Shown here: positions 1 through 11,216 of the stretch, in pieces | Layout of the letters: each line of letters starts with the position of its first letter | How positions within the stretch are numbered: position 1 is the first letter of the stretch | From: Candidatus Poriferihabitaceae bacterium | GTDB lineage: Bacteria; Pseudomonadota; Gammaproteobacteria; Arenicellales; Poriferihabitantaceae | Direction: 5' to 3' | Length of the DNA stretch: 64,000 nucleotides | Assembly: GCA_965214625.1 (NCBI GenBank) | Contig: OZ243962.1 | Span: 1,645,278-1,709,277, forward strand | Notes under the pieces: model-generated | Told to the model about the DNA's origin: nothing | The model's database searches: none | Seen by the model: the letters and a program-made list of their open reading frames with translations, nothing else | Program-made: the position numbers and the translations under genes

Positions 1-182
1 ATTTTTTCAGCGCCCCAAAAACAACCCAGTCCGAAGACCGCGGCCTGCAGATGGTCCGCAAAGGGACCTTGTAGCGGGGATTGATTCACAAAGTGCTTTT
101 CAGGCACTTTGACCGGCTGGTCCCTGCCCGGCAACACAGTGCGCTTGTCAGGCATGTGTAACGGTTTTGATTTAAAAAACAT
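1..182 (-). CDS. msrA: peptide-methionine (S)-S-oxide reductase MsrA, N-terminal ~60 codons; the gene runs off the left edge
   Basis: My own minus-strand translation from the ATG at 182..180 gives MFFKSKPLHMPDKRTVLPGRDQPVKVPEKHFVNQSPLQGPFADHLQAAVFGLGCFWGAEK. It contains the MsrA active-site GCFWG motif. It is absent from the ORF track because the window edge truncates it. Confidence 0.7.
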   Translation of the reverse strand, partial: MFFKSKPLHMPDKRTVLPGRDQPVKVPEKHFVNQSPLQGPFADHLQAAVFGLGCFWGAEK

Positions 183-461
183 GATCAGTCTGTGTGGGTT
201 CGTTACCTTTCGGTCATGACTCTATCTGCGGCCTGTCCGTCCTCATAAAACTCGACCTCGCAAACGACACGCTGCCGTGGCCGACTGTATCATGATTCCA
301 CCCGGCACCGCGAGCATCCAAGACCGCCCTGCAGTGGTTCTGATACCACCGTCAATCACTTTCCAGCCGCAGCCGTTGGGTCCAACAAGATGGCAATCAT
401 CGATTTATCCCCCTTGATGGAGTATGATCAACAGTGAGACCGATACCGTGTCAGGGGTACC

Positions 462-552
462 TGTGATAATCTTAGACAGCCTGTGGATAAAATTTTCAAG
501 ACCTTTTAAACTGCGCTGAAAAGACGCTCGTTTTATCATGGATTTTTATCCC
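462..552. promoter_or_regulatory. DnaA-box cluster and AT-rich tract upstream of dnaA (dnaA promoter and/or part of oriC)
   Basis: A perfect TGTGGATAA lies at 482-490. Degenerate boxes are TGTGATAA (462-469) and TTATCCC (546-552). An AT-rich run follows at about 553-600 (tttatttgagataaaaattatataaatc). Confidence 0.5.
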
Positions 553-661
553 TTTATTTGAGATAAAAATTATATAAATCAACAGTATAATGGATTATTT
601 CGTCCGACACCAAAACTGCTTTTTGGGGATTGAACCCCTTTCGTTTTCTAGTGAGTAAACT

Positions 662-1992
662 TTGAGTAACCCTGAAATCTGGAACAAGTGCCTCCATCAT
701 CTGAAGCACGTCTTGTCTCCTGAAGACGTGAATACGTGGCTCCTGCCGCTTCATTGTGTTCATCACGCCCAAACATTAAAACTGCTTGCACCGAACCGCT
801 ATATTCTGAATTATATCAAGAAGAACCTCTATCAGCAGATACAAGAAACCATCCTGGCATTGAACCTTGGTATCGAGAAAGTTCAATTTGAAATAGGAAG
901 TTACGGGCCCGAGCGACCCTCGACAACAAACACCCCGCCGCCTTCCTCGCTCAGTGCCAAGCAGTCTTATACCGGGGGCGTGATCAATCACGAGTATACC
1001 TTCGATACCCATGTCGAAGGTACCTCCAATCAACTCGCCCGAGCGGCCGCTTTCCAGGTTGGCGAAAATCCCGGAACCTCGTTTAACCCACTGTTCATCT
1101 ATGGCGATGTCGGCTTGGGAAAGACCCACTTGATGCATGCCGCGGGGAATTTACTGCTGCAGAACAATCCCGAAGCCAAAGTCGTCTATGTCCGTTCAGA
1201 GTTGTTTGTTAACAACATGGTCAGGGCCTTGAAAAACAATACAATGAACGAATTCAAGCAATATTATCGTTCTTTGGACACGTTATTGATTGATGACATC
1301 CAGTTTTTCGCCGGCAAAACCCAATCTCAAGAAGAATTTTTTCACACCTTTAACGCTTTATTGGAAGGACACCGGCAAATTATCATCACCAGCGACCGGA
1401 TACCCAAGGCCATCGGTCATGTCGAAGAAAGACTGATATCCCGGCTGGGAAATGGCTTGACCGTTTCGATCGACCCCCCCGAACTGGAAACCCGGGTGGC
1501 TATTTTAGAGAAGAAGGCCCTCGCAAAGGGCGTGGAATTGCCGGATGATGTCGCCTTTTTTGTTGCCAATACCATCCGGTCCAACGTCCGTGAACTGGAA
1601 GGCGCTTTACACCGGATATTCGCAAGTGCCGGGTTTACCGGCCGCCGCATCGATATCCACCTGGCCCGTGAAGCGTTATTGATCTGCTGGCCTATCAGGA
1701 ACAGCGGATTACCATCGAAAACATTCAACAGACGGTCGCCGGCTATTACAAAATCAAGATGGCCGATATTTTATCCAAAAAACGCTCCCGTGATATCGTC
1801 CGGCCGCGGCAAATGGCGATGTATTTTACCAAGGAATACACCAACATGAGCTTGCCGCAAATCGGCGACCGGTTTGGCGGGCGTGATCATACGACGGTAC
1901 TTCATGCCTGCAGAAAAATAGAAAATCTGATTCAAACCGACCCCAGGATCAAAGAGGACCATCGAAATCTTCAACGACTGTTTGGTGGATAA
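662..1992 (+). pseudogene. dnaA: chromosomal replication initiator DnaA, reading frame broken by an apparent 1-nt deletion at about 1679-1681
   Basis: ORF 662..1849 encodes the DnaA N-terminus and AAA+ domain (GDVGLGKTHLMHA Walker A, LLIDDIQF). It turns to nonsense after ...HLAREAL. The frame of ORF 1759..1992 is open from 1672 and reads [81 protein letters not shown], which is DnaA domain IV. Confidence 0.9.
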
Positions 1993-2169
1993 CCGCAGGG
2001 AACGGCTGTGGATGAGGGGTCGATAACGAACTGATATGATGTGAATAAAATGTGGATAAGTTTTACACACAAGTTGACATTTCGTTTTACAATGGTTTTA
2101 CTTGTTTTTTGTCACAAGATGATTTGCCATAACTGATTGAAAAGGAAAGAACTTATAAAGTTATCCACA
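1984..2169. promoter_or_regulatory. DnaA-box cluster in the dnaA-dnaN intergenic region (candidate oriC or oriC sub-region)
   Basis: Perfect boxes are TGTGGATAA (2051-2059) and TTATCCACA (2161-2169), in inverted orientation around an AT-rich ~100 bp. One-mismatch boxes are gGTGGATAA (1984-1992) and TGTGGATgA (2007-2015). Confidence 0.55.
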
Positions 2170-2209
2170 AATGAACAGGGATTATTGCTATTACTATTTT
2201 AAGAATTAA

Positions 2210-3313
2210 ATGAATATAGAAATTGAACGATCACGCCTTTTCCCGGTAGTCAATCTGGTAAGCAGTGTTGTTGCCAAACAACGAACCATGCCGATACTGG
2301 CCCACCTGTATGTTCGCTGTGAAAAGGGCGTATTGCATATTTGTGGGACCGATATTGAAGTCGAGATATCTGAAACCATCACGGAGGTCAAAGGGGATGA
2401 TTTTTCATTTACGGTTTCTGCTCGTAAAATACTCGATATATGCCGTAACTTACCTGAAAATGCACTTATCTTGTTAAAAAAGGAAGAGGACATATTACAT
2501 GTAAACTCCGGATTGGGCCGCTATAAACTGAAAACGTTGGATCCGGAAGAATTTCCCAGGATCACCGTCGGTGATTGGGAAGAACGGTTTAAAATCGATC
2601 AATTATCGTTAAAGAATGTGCTGAACAAGACCTCATTCGCAATGGCGATACAGGATTTACGATACTATTTGAATGGCATTTTATTTGAACTGACGAATAA
2701 CAACCTGCGTACAACCGCAACCGATGGACACAGACTGGCAAGGACTGAGATCGATATAAAATTAAACATCAATGAATTAAGGCAGATCATTGTCCCCCGC
2801 AAGGCGGTGATGGAAATCATCCGATTTCTGGACCCGGACGATACGACCGAATTGACGATCGAAATCAATAAAAATCATCTCAAACTGACGAAGGGCACAA
2901 CGGTTCTGATTACCAAATTGGTCGATGGCAAGTTTCCTGAATTCAAGGATGTCATTTCGGACCACTTGGGACGCCCTTTAAAATTGGACAAGACCACATT
3001 TCTTGAATTGTTGAATCGGCTCGCCGTTTTGACCTCAGAAAATTACAAGGGGGTCAAAATTCATCTTGAGACCGGTGTCATGCGAATCATGGTGCACAAT
3101 CTGGAGCATGAAAATGCGGTAGAAGAAATTTTCCTGGATTATCAGGGCCAAAAGATTGTGACGGGCTATAACATTACTTATTTGATTGATGCCGCCAAGG
3201 TGGTCAACCACGACAACATAGAGCTTTATATCCGTGAAACGGATGGTGTCTGCCTCTGCAAACAACCCGATGATCCGCATTCCCTGTGGCTGGTGATGCC
3301 ATTGAAAATTTGA
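2210..3313 (+). CDS. dnaN: DNA polymerase III beta sliding clamp
   Basis: The 367-aa ORF has typical DnaN length and sequence (MNIEIERSRL...PILAHLYV...TATDGHRLA...LVMPLKI) and sits directly after dnaA. Confidence 0.97.
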   Translation: MNIEIERSRLFPVVNLVSSVVAKQRTMPILAHLYVRCEKGVLHICGTDIEVEISETITEVKGDDFSFTVSARKILDICRNLPENALILLKKEEDILHVNSGLGRYKLKTLDPEEFPRITVGDWEERFKIDQLSLKNVLNKTSFAMAIQDLRYYLNGILFELTNNNLRTTATDGHRLARTEIDIKLNINELRQIIVPRKAVMEIIRFLDPDDTTELTIEINKNHLKLTKGTTVLITKLVDGKFPEFKDVISDHLGRPLKLDKTTFLELLNRLAVLTSENYKGVKIHLETGVMRIMVHNLEHENAVEEIFLDYQGQKIVTGYNITYLIDAAKVVNHDNIELYIRETDGVCLCKQPDDPHSLWLVMPLKI

Positions 3314-3345
3314 TTATGTGGTTTTAACGCCGCTAGGCATCAAAT

Positions 3346-3361
3346 TGTTTCACGTGAAACA
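3346..3361. promoter_or_regulatory. parS (ParB-binding centromere-like site), perfect consensus palindrome
   Basis: TGTTTCACGTGAAACA matches the 16-bp parS consensus exactly. It is embedded in a 26-bp perfect palindrome (3341-3366, caaattgtttcacgtgaaacaatttg). Confidence 0.75.
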
Positions 3362-3635
3362 ATTTGATTTTGGATTGGATGGGGAGGTTGTCTGACCCGT
3401 AGGCCGTCTTGTCTGGGGAACTTCATCCGGGCGCAGTCGACCCATCAGGGGAAAGGAAAACGGTTTTATTGCGATTCCGGCGGTCAATTTTTTCATGACC
3501 TCCGGATGGTTCCGACGCCCATTCTCCGGCCCGGCAAGTCGGCACTGCACAAGTCGCCGGATCGTATGCAGCGCGAAAAGGCGCTGATGGTTTTGGCGTT
3601 TGTTATTTTGTGTGGTCTTGCCATTGACCGGGAAA

Positions 3636-3651
3636 TGTTTCACGTGAAACA
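3636..3651. promoter_or_regulatory. parS (ParB-binding site), second perfect copy
   Basis: TGTTTCACGTGAAACA again, here inside an 18-bp palindrome (3635-3652), 290 bp from the first copy. Confidence 0.75.
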
Positions 3652-3750
3652 TCGCTGTGGTCAGATGGCCGGGAACCATCGTCTGGACTGTCTAAAATAG
3701 ATAATATAGCTCATTGAATTATAAAGAAAAACGGATTTCATCTCGATTGA

Positions 3751-6216
<2,466 letters not shown>

Positions 6217-6353
6217 CGCTGAGGCGGATTGACGCAAGCGGGTTTGTCAGGCACCGCTGGCCAGCCGCCCGTTGCCCGATCAGATCAACCCGGTCGGGGT
6301 CCGGACAGCGAGCCGAAACGGGACCGCATCACAAGGCGGTGGCTGACAAACGG

Positions 6354-6911
6354 CTAAAAGGCCGAGAAGGCGGGTTTGGCGAACACCCTTTCGACCATGG
6401 GCCTGAAAAAAGAGAGCGGTTGCGATGGATAGTCGGGATCAAAACAGTTTTGATCGTAGTGTTCGCAGAAATGAACGGTGTCCTGGTACCACGGATGGTC
6501 TTTGTGGCGGTCTCTTGCATCGCGGTCTCCACCGAGGTGATGGGCATAGTAATAGGTCTGGAACAGGCCATGATGCCGGATGATCCAGCAAATCCGTTCG
6601 GAGACATAGGGTTTCAGGATGGCCGCGGCCATTTCACTGTGTGAGGCCGGTGCAAGGACATCGCCGATATCATGGAGCAGCGCGGCGACCACCATCTCTT
6701 CGGATTCCCCCGCATGATAGGCGCGGGTGCCGGATTGCAGCGAATGTTCCAGTCGACTCACCCGATAGCCCGAGAACGAGTTGTCGAGTGCTTCAAGTGC
6801 CGTCATGAGGCGTTGCGGCAGACTCGAAATATAGCGGCTTTCCTGCGCGTGCAAAAAAACGTATTCTTCTGCAGTGCCGTCAGCCATATGGGCAAATGCG
6901 ACCTTTTTCAT
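6354..6911 (-). CDS. HD-domain metal-dependent protein (small stand-alone HD protein, possibly PhnZ/MIOX-like)
   Basis: The 185-aa ORF has an HD motif (AALLHDIGD) and further conserved His/Asp positions (LEHSLQ, IIRHHG, FCEHYD). Confidence 0.75.
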   Translation of the reverse strand: MKKVAFAHMADGTAEEYVFLHAQESRYISSLPQRLMTALEALDNSFSGYRVSRLEHSLQSGTRAYHAGESEEMVVAALLHDIGDVLAPASHSEMAAAILKPYVSERICWIIRHHGLFQTYYYAHHLGGDRDARDRHKDHPWYQDTVHFCEHYDQNCFDPDYPSQPLSFFRPMVERVFAKPAFSAF

Positions 6912-6932
6912 AAGCCAGATTCCAGGGTACAG

Positions 6933-7280
6933 TTATAAGATAGCCAAAACATTTTGGGGCGGTCGGCCAATGGCGGCCTTGTCGTCATTGACCACAATAG
7001 GGCGCTCCAGCAAGATGGGGTGCTGAACCACCAGGTCGATCAGTTGCTCCTCGGTCAGCGCCTTTTTTGCAATATCCAGCTGTTTGTAGAGTGCCTCGCC
7101 CTTGCGGATCAGGTCGAGGGCAGAACAGTCCAGCAGCCGGAGGATTTTTTTAAGCACAGGGGCGGTCAGGCCGACTTCGAGATAACGCACAATGTGCGGT
7201 TCGTAGCCCCGATCGGTCAACAGTGCGAGCGTGGCGCGGGATTTGGAACATCGCGGGTTGTGGTACAGTGTAACCATCAA
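6933..7280 (-). CDS. arsC: arsenate reductase (glutaredoxin-coupled ArsC family)
   Basis: The 115-aa ORF has LYHNPRCSKSR (catalytic Cys context) and HPILLERPIVV, both typical of the ArsC/Spx-fold family. Confidence 0.85.
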   Translation of the reverse strand: MMVTLYHNPRCSKSRATLALLTDRGYEPHIVRYLEVGLTAPVLKKILRLLDCSALDLIRKGEALYKQLDIAKKALTEEQLIDLVVQHPILLERPIVVNDDKAAIGRPPQNVLAIL

Positions 7281-7437
7281 AATCTCCGACAGTGCGAACA
7301 GACATCACTCAGTGACAGACCCTGCGCCGACAGTCTCTGTCAACTTGAATCCAAGCTATATATTATAAGGGAATTATAATACGTAACTGAACGGACTTGC
7401 GATCGGGACGACCGGTTTGTTGCCGACAGTCCCGGGT

Positions 7438-9744
7438 CTACTTGTTGGACCATTGCGTGAAATTTTTCGCAAGGCCGCTGCAAGGCGCGAAACCGACAGG
7501 CTGGAAATTACGGATAAACGGAAGCCTCACCCGGTCATCACAGCGCTGATTGGCAACCAGGCCGGTGGCCGGATCAATGTCAATGAAAACAATGTTTCGA
7601 TCAGGCGGCTTGGGGACCGGCTGCAGGTCCAGGGTTGACATGAGCTTGATCCACACCGACAAGGCGCCACTGGCCCCTGACAAGGTGGTTGACCGGTTAT
7701 CGTCCCGGCCAACCCAGACGACGGCAAGATAGCGGTTATCGTAGCCCACAAACCAGCTGTCCCGGAAATCGTCACTGGTGCCGGTTTTCCCTGACAGCCC
7801 CAAGCTGGAATCAAAATGGCTCGAAGCACGCCGCGCCGTCCCGTTTGAGACAACCTGTCTCAAGGCGTAGTTCACCAGAAACGCGCTGTCCGGATCAACC
7901 ACCGGTTCCCTTGCCGCTGGAAATTGGGCGATCGGCTCCCCTCTTTGGTTGTGAATACTGCGGATGGTACGCAGCGGAATCAGTGTCCCCCCGTTGGACA
8001 GGGACTGATAAAACTGGGCCATTTCCAGGGGCGAGTGGGCATTTGACCCCAGCAAGGTCGAGGGCACCGCGGCAATCTCACGCGTAATGCCCAACCGGTG
8101 AATGATGTCGATGACCGAATCAATGCCGACAGACAGGCCAAGGCGTACCGTGGGCAGGTTGCGTGATTTCATTAGCGCAACATACATCGGGACCGGGCCG
8201 AGATACTGTTTATCGTAATTTTTCGGTGACCACGATTTCCCCGTATCCAGTTTGACCGTCAACGGGCTGTCTTGGAGTAGCGTCGCTAAAGAGAACTGCC
8301 GGGGCCGGTCCAGTGCCGCGAGGTAGACCGCCGGTTTGACCAAAGATCCGATGGGCCGTTCAACATCGATCGCACGATTAAAGCCGGAAAACCCGCGGAC
8401 CCGCCCACCGACCAAAGCCAGAATTTCGCCCGATCGTTTGTCGATGACAATGACCGCGCCTTCCAGAAATCCGGGTGCCATTTCGCGTTGTTCCTCCAGT
8501 GCGCTCAGGGTTGATGAGAGTGCGTTTTGTGCCTTGTCTTGTATCTCGGTGTCCATCGACGTATAGAGTTTGATGCCGCCTGTCCGGATAACCTCTTCGG
8601 AATAGTATTGCCTGAGCTGGCGGTAAAGATAATCGACATAAGCGGGGTATCGATTGTTGCGGTCCGTCTTTATCTCGACCATCTCCAGCGGCTGGAGCGC
8701 GAAAGATTCAATGGCGTTGTCCGGCAACAGCTTTAACCGGCCCATGGTCTCGAGGACCAGATTGCGGCGGGCGAGCGCCCGCTCAGGATGCCGTCTTGGA
8801 TTATAAAAAGAAGGCGCCGGCACAATACTGACCAGCAGCGCGATCTCATGCGGCTGGAGTTGCTGTAGGGCCCGTCCGAAATAATACTGGCTGGCCAGCG
8901 CGAAACCGTGCACCGCGCGGTTGCCGGACTGGCCAAGAAACACTTCGTTCAGATACATCTCAAGAATTTCCGCTTTGGAAAACCGATATTCCATCAGCAC
9001 GGCCATGACGGCCTCCACCACTTTACGCGAGACACTTCGGGTCGAGCTGAGAAAAAGATTCTTGACCAGTTGCTGGGTCAGCGTACTCCCCCCCTGGACA
9101 GAGTGGCCACTTCGCAGGTTGGTCCAAAGCGCCCGCATGATGCCTTTCGGGTCCACGCCGATATGATTTTCGAAGTTGCGGTCTTCCATGGCCAGCACGG
9201 CTTTGATCAACAGATCGGGCATTTGATGCAGTTTCAAGGCGATGCGATCTTCGTAGGCCCCCATCTGCAAACTGCCGAAAAGCAGTGGCTCGAGGTAAAG
9301 GGTGTCCAATGGTTCGGCCGTACGCTGATCCGTGATGGTGCTGATGACGGTGTCGTTGAAGTGAATGCGAACGGGCATCGGGGGCTGCTTGCCCGGCGGA
9401 ACATCGTTGACATAAATGTCCACCTTGTTCCCGGAGACCGCATAATTTCCGGGCTCGGCAATGTGTGCTACTGCCCTGTAACCGCGTTGTTTCAGTTGAT
9501 CGATCAGTGTGGAGAGCCGGTAGACATGGCCCTTGGACAACGAAACAGGCCGGGCATAAAGGTGCGACGGCTGGGTTTGGAATGGGCCGTTGAAGTGTTG
9601 CCGGATTTCACTATCAAGATAGCCGATGATCAGGGCGGCCGCAAGGACCGACCCCAGCAGCGTACGCAGGGCAAGGACGGTTAAAAGCCCCGCAAACAGG
9701 GCAGGGCGATTCTCACGAGATGCTTTTTTTCGACGGAAAACCAA
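7438..9744 (-). CDS. mrcB: penicillin-binding protein 1B (bifunctional glycosyltransferase/transpeptidase)
   Basis: The 768-aa ORF has an N-terminal TM helix, GT51 motifs (EDRNFENHIGVD, GGSTLTQQLVKN) and a transpeptidase domain (SLVKP, SGKTGT). Confidence 0.9.
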   Translation of the reverse strand: MVFRRKKASRENRPALFAGLLTVLALRTLLGSVLAAALIIGYLDSEIRQHFNGPFQTQPSHLYARPVSLSKGHVYRLSTLIDQLKQRGYRAVAHIAEPGNYAVSGNKVDIYVNDVPPGKQPPMPVRIHFNDTVISTITDQRTAEPLDTLYLEPLLFGSLQMGAYEDRIALKLHQMPDLLIKAVLAMEDRNFENHIGVDPKGIMRALWTNLRSGHSVQGGSTLTQQLVKNLFLSSTRSVSRKVVEAVMAVLMEYRFSKAEILEMYLNEVFLGQSGNRAVHGFALASQYYFGRALQQLQPHEIALLVSIVPAPSFYNPRRHPERALARRNLVLETMGRLKLLPDNAIESFALQPLEMVEIKTDRNNRYPAYVDYLYRQLRQYYSEEVIRTGGIKLYTSMDTEIQDKAQNALSSTLSALEEQREMAPGFLEGAVIVIDKRSGEILALVGGRVRGFSGFNRAIDVERPIGSLVKPAVYLAALDRPRQFSLATLLQDSPLTVKLDTGKSWSPKNYDKQYLGPVPMYVALMKSRNLPTVRLGLSVGIDSVIDIIHRLGITREIAAVPSTLLGSNAHSPLEMAQFYQSLSNGGTLIPLRTIRSIHNQRGEPIAQFPAAREPVVDPDSAFLVNYALRQVVSNGTARRASSHFDSSLGLSGKTGTSDDFRDSWFVGYDNRYLAVVWVGRDDNRSTTLSGASGALSVWIKLMSTLDLQPVPKPPDRNIVFIDIDPATGLVANQRCDDRVRLPFIRNFQPVGFAPCSGLAKNFTQWSNK

Positions 9745-9767
9745 AGAAGCGATTCAAGCCAGACAAA

Positions 9768-10082
9768 TCAGTTGGTGAGCGGAGGGAAAAGCGCATGACA
9801 TTGCCAGCAGATTTCAAACGTGGACGGGTTTTCTTCGTTGCACGTCGGACAGCGCCTGTTCATGGCGGGTTGGGGCTGCGCCTCAAAACGATGGATGACG
9901 TTGATCGCTTTGTCTTTGTCGTGGTTGCGTTTGATCCACACCTCCGGGTAGGTTACCGGTAGCTCACCCAAGGCGCCTGAGGCATTGGCATGAAACAAGC
10001 AGGTCGGAACGCCCGCTTCATCGAGGCTGTCGATCAGCAGTTGTGCATCAATCAGGGATTGAGCGATGTAGACTCTTTGCAC
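9768..10082 (-). CDS. small DUF2007-like protein with a C-terminal zinc-ribbon
   Basis: The 104-aa ORF has a CPTC...CWQC four-Cys ribbon at the C-terminus. The function call is tentative. Confidence 0.6.
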   Translation of the reverse strand: MQRVYIAQSLIDAQLLIDSLDEAGVPTCLFHANASGALGELPVTYPEVWIKRNHDKDKAINVIHRFEAQPQPAMNRRCPTCNEENPSTFEICWQCHALFPPLTN

Positions 10083-10111
10083 GGTCTTTCAGTGACGGCA
10101 ATGCCATGCGA

Positions 10112-11179
10112 TCAATCGGAGGGAGGGCTCGGTTCGGTCGATTTTGGCCAAGAAACAATCACCGCTTGTACCAAGGTGGCCAGCGGGATGGCGAAAAAAA
10201 CGCCCCACAGTCCCCATAATCCTCCAAAAAACAACACGGCGACAATGATGGCCACAGGGTGTATGTTGACCACTTCGGAAAACAGCAGCGGAACCAGCAG
10301 GTTTCCGTCCAGCGCCTGAATGATCAAATAAGCGGCGGTCAAGGTGAAAAATTCACTGCTCCAGCCCCATTGAAACCAGGCGATCAGTAACACCGGAATG
10401 GTGACGATTGCCGCACCGACATAGGGGATCAGTACCGACAAGCCAACCAGAACGGAAAGCAACATCGCGTATTGCAATCCCAGTAACGAGAAGGCAATCA
10501 GCGTGACGAACCAAACGATCAGAATTTCCCAGAATTTGCCGCGAATATAGTTCCCAATCTGCAAGTCCACATCATGCCAGATGCTGATGGCCAATTCACT
10601 GTTGTTGGGAAAAAGCTCTTTCATCCATTGCAGTATGCGTGCCTTGTCCTTTAGAAAAAAGAAAATCAGGATGGGCAATAAAACGACGTAGATGATAAAC
10701 GTAATCAAGCTGGCGGCCCCGGAGAGGGAACTGGTCAGGAGCAGTTGGCCAAATTCAGTCATATCGGTACGCACGCTACTGATGATTTCCTGTACCTGGC
10801 CGACCGAAAACAGTTCAGGATACCGTTCGGGCAGGGTCATCAGGGCCGTTTGTCCCTGGGAAAGCATGCTCGGGATCTCTTGTATCACATCCTTGAGCTG
10901 GTTATAAAGCGTTGGCAACAAGCCAAATATGATGCTGACAAGAAACAACATGAATCCGAGAAAAACGATCCACACGGAAACCAGGCGGGGTATTTTGATC
11001 TTCGAGAGTTTCTTGATGATGCCTTCAAGCAGGTAGGCAATGACAATACCCGCGAAGACCGGCGCCAGCATGTTGCCGACATACAAGACAGCCAACAGCG
11101 ACCCCAGCAGGACAAAAGCGAGGAAGACAACCTGAGGGTTCGAAAACTGTCGTTTGAACCAGTGTGCAATCCTATCCAT
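10112..11179 (-). CDS. AI-2E family transporter (PerM/YhhT-like permease)
   Basis: The 355-aa polytopic membrane ORF has an N-terminus and hydrophobic pattern typical of the AI-2E/UPF0118 family. Confidence 0.8.
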   Translation of the reverse strand: MDRIAHWFKRQFSNPQVVFLAFVLLGSLLAVLYVGNMLAPVFAGIVIAYLLEGIIKKLSKIKIPRLVSVWIVFLGFMLFLVSIIFGLLPTLYNQLKDVIQEIPSMLSQGQTALMTLPERYPELFSVGQVQEIISSVRTDMTEFGQLLLTSSLSGAASLITFIIYVVLLPILIFFFLKDKARILQWMKELFPNNSELAISIWHDVDLQIGNYIRGKFWEILIVWFVTLIAFSLLGLQYAMLLSVLVGLSVLIPYVGAAIVTIPVLLIAWFQWGWSSEFFTLTAAYLIIQALDGNLLVPLLFSEVVNIHPVAIIVAVLFFGGLWGLWGVFFAIPLATLVQAVIVSWPKSTEPSPPSD

Positions 11180-11216
11180 GGCGTACTTATAGCAGGTTTA
11201 GCCCGGAACGACTACA

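Noticed and set aside
554-772. 72-aa minus-strand ORF overlapping the dnaA start
   Set aside because: It overlaps the dnaA 5' end and the AT-rich origin or promoter tract, and it has no motif support. It is most likely spurious.
3350-3700. ORFs 3350..3679(-) 109 aa and 3506..3700(+) 64 aa between the parS sites
   Set aside because: They are mutually antisense, low-complexity and Arg/Pro/Thr-rich. They have no RBS, and their ends are generated by the palindromes themselves (MFHVKH is simply the parS sequence translated).
8908-9684. 258-aa ORF antisense to mrcB, and similar long antisense ORFs (21123..21803, 22918..23727, 49167..49808, 53493..54398, 55498..56217, 28367..29071, 28918..29610)
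   Set aside because: Each lies fully within or opposite a gene with strong family motifs. They have Arg/Gly/Pro/His-rich shadow-ORF composition and no recognisable domains.
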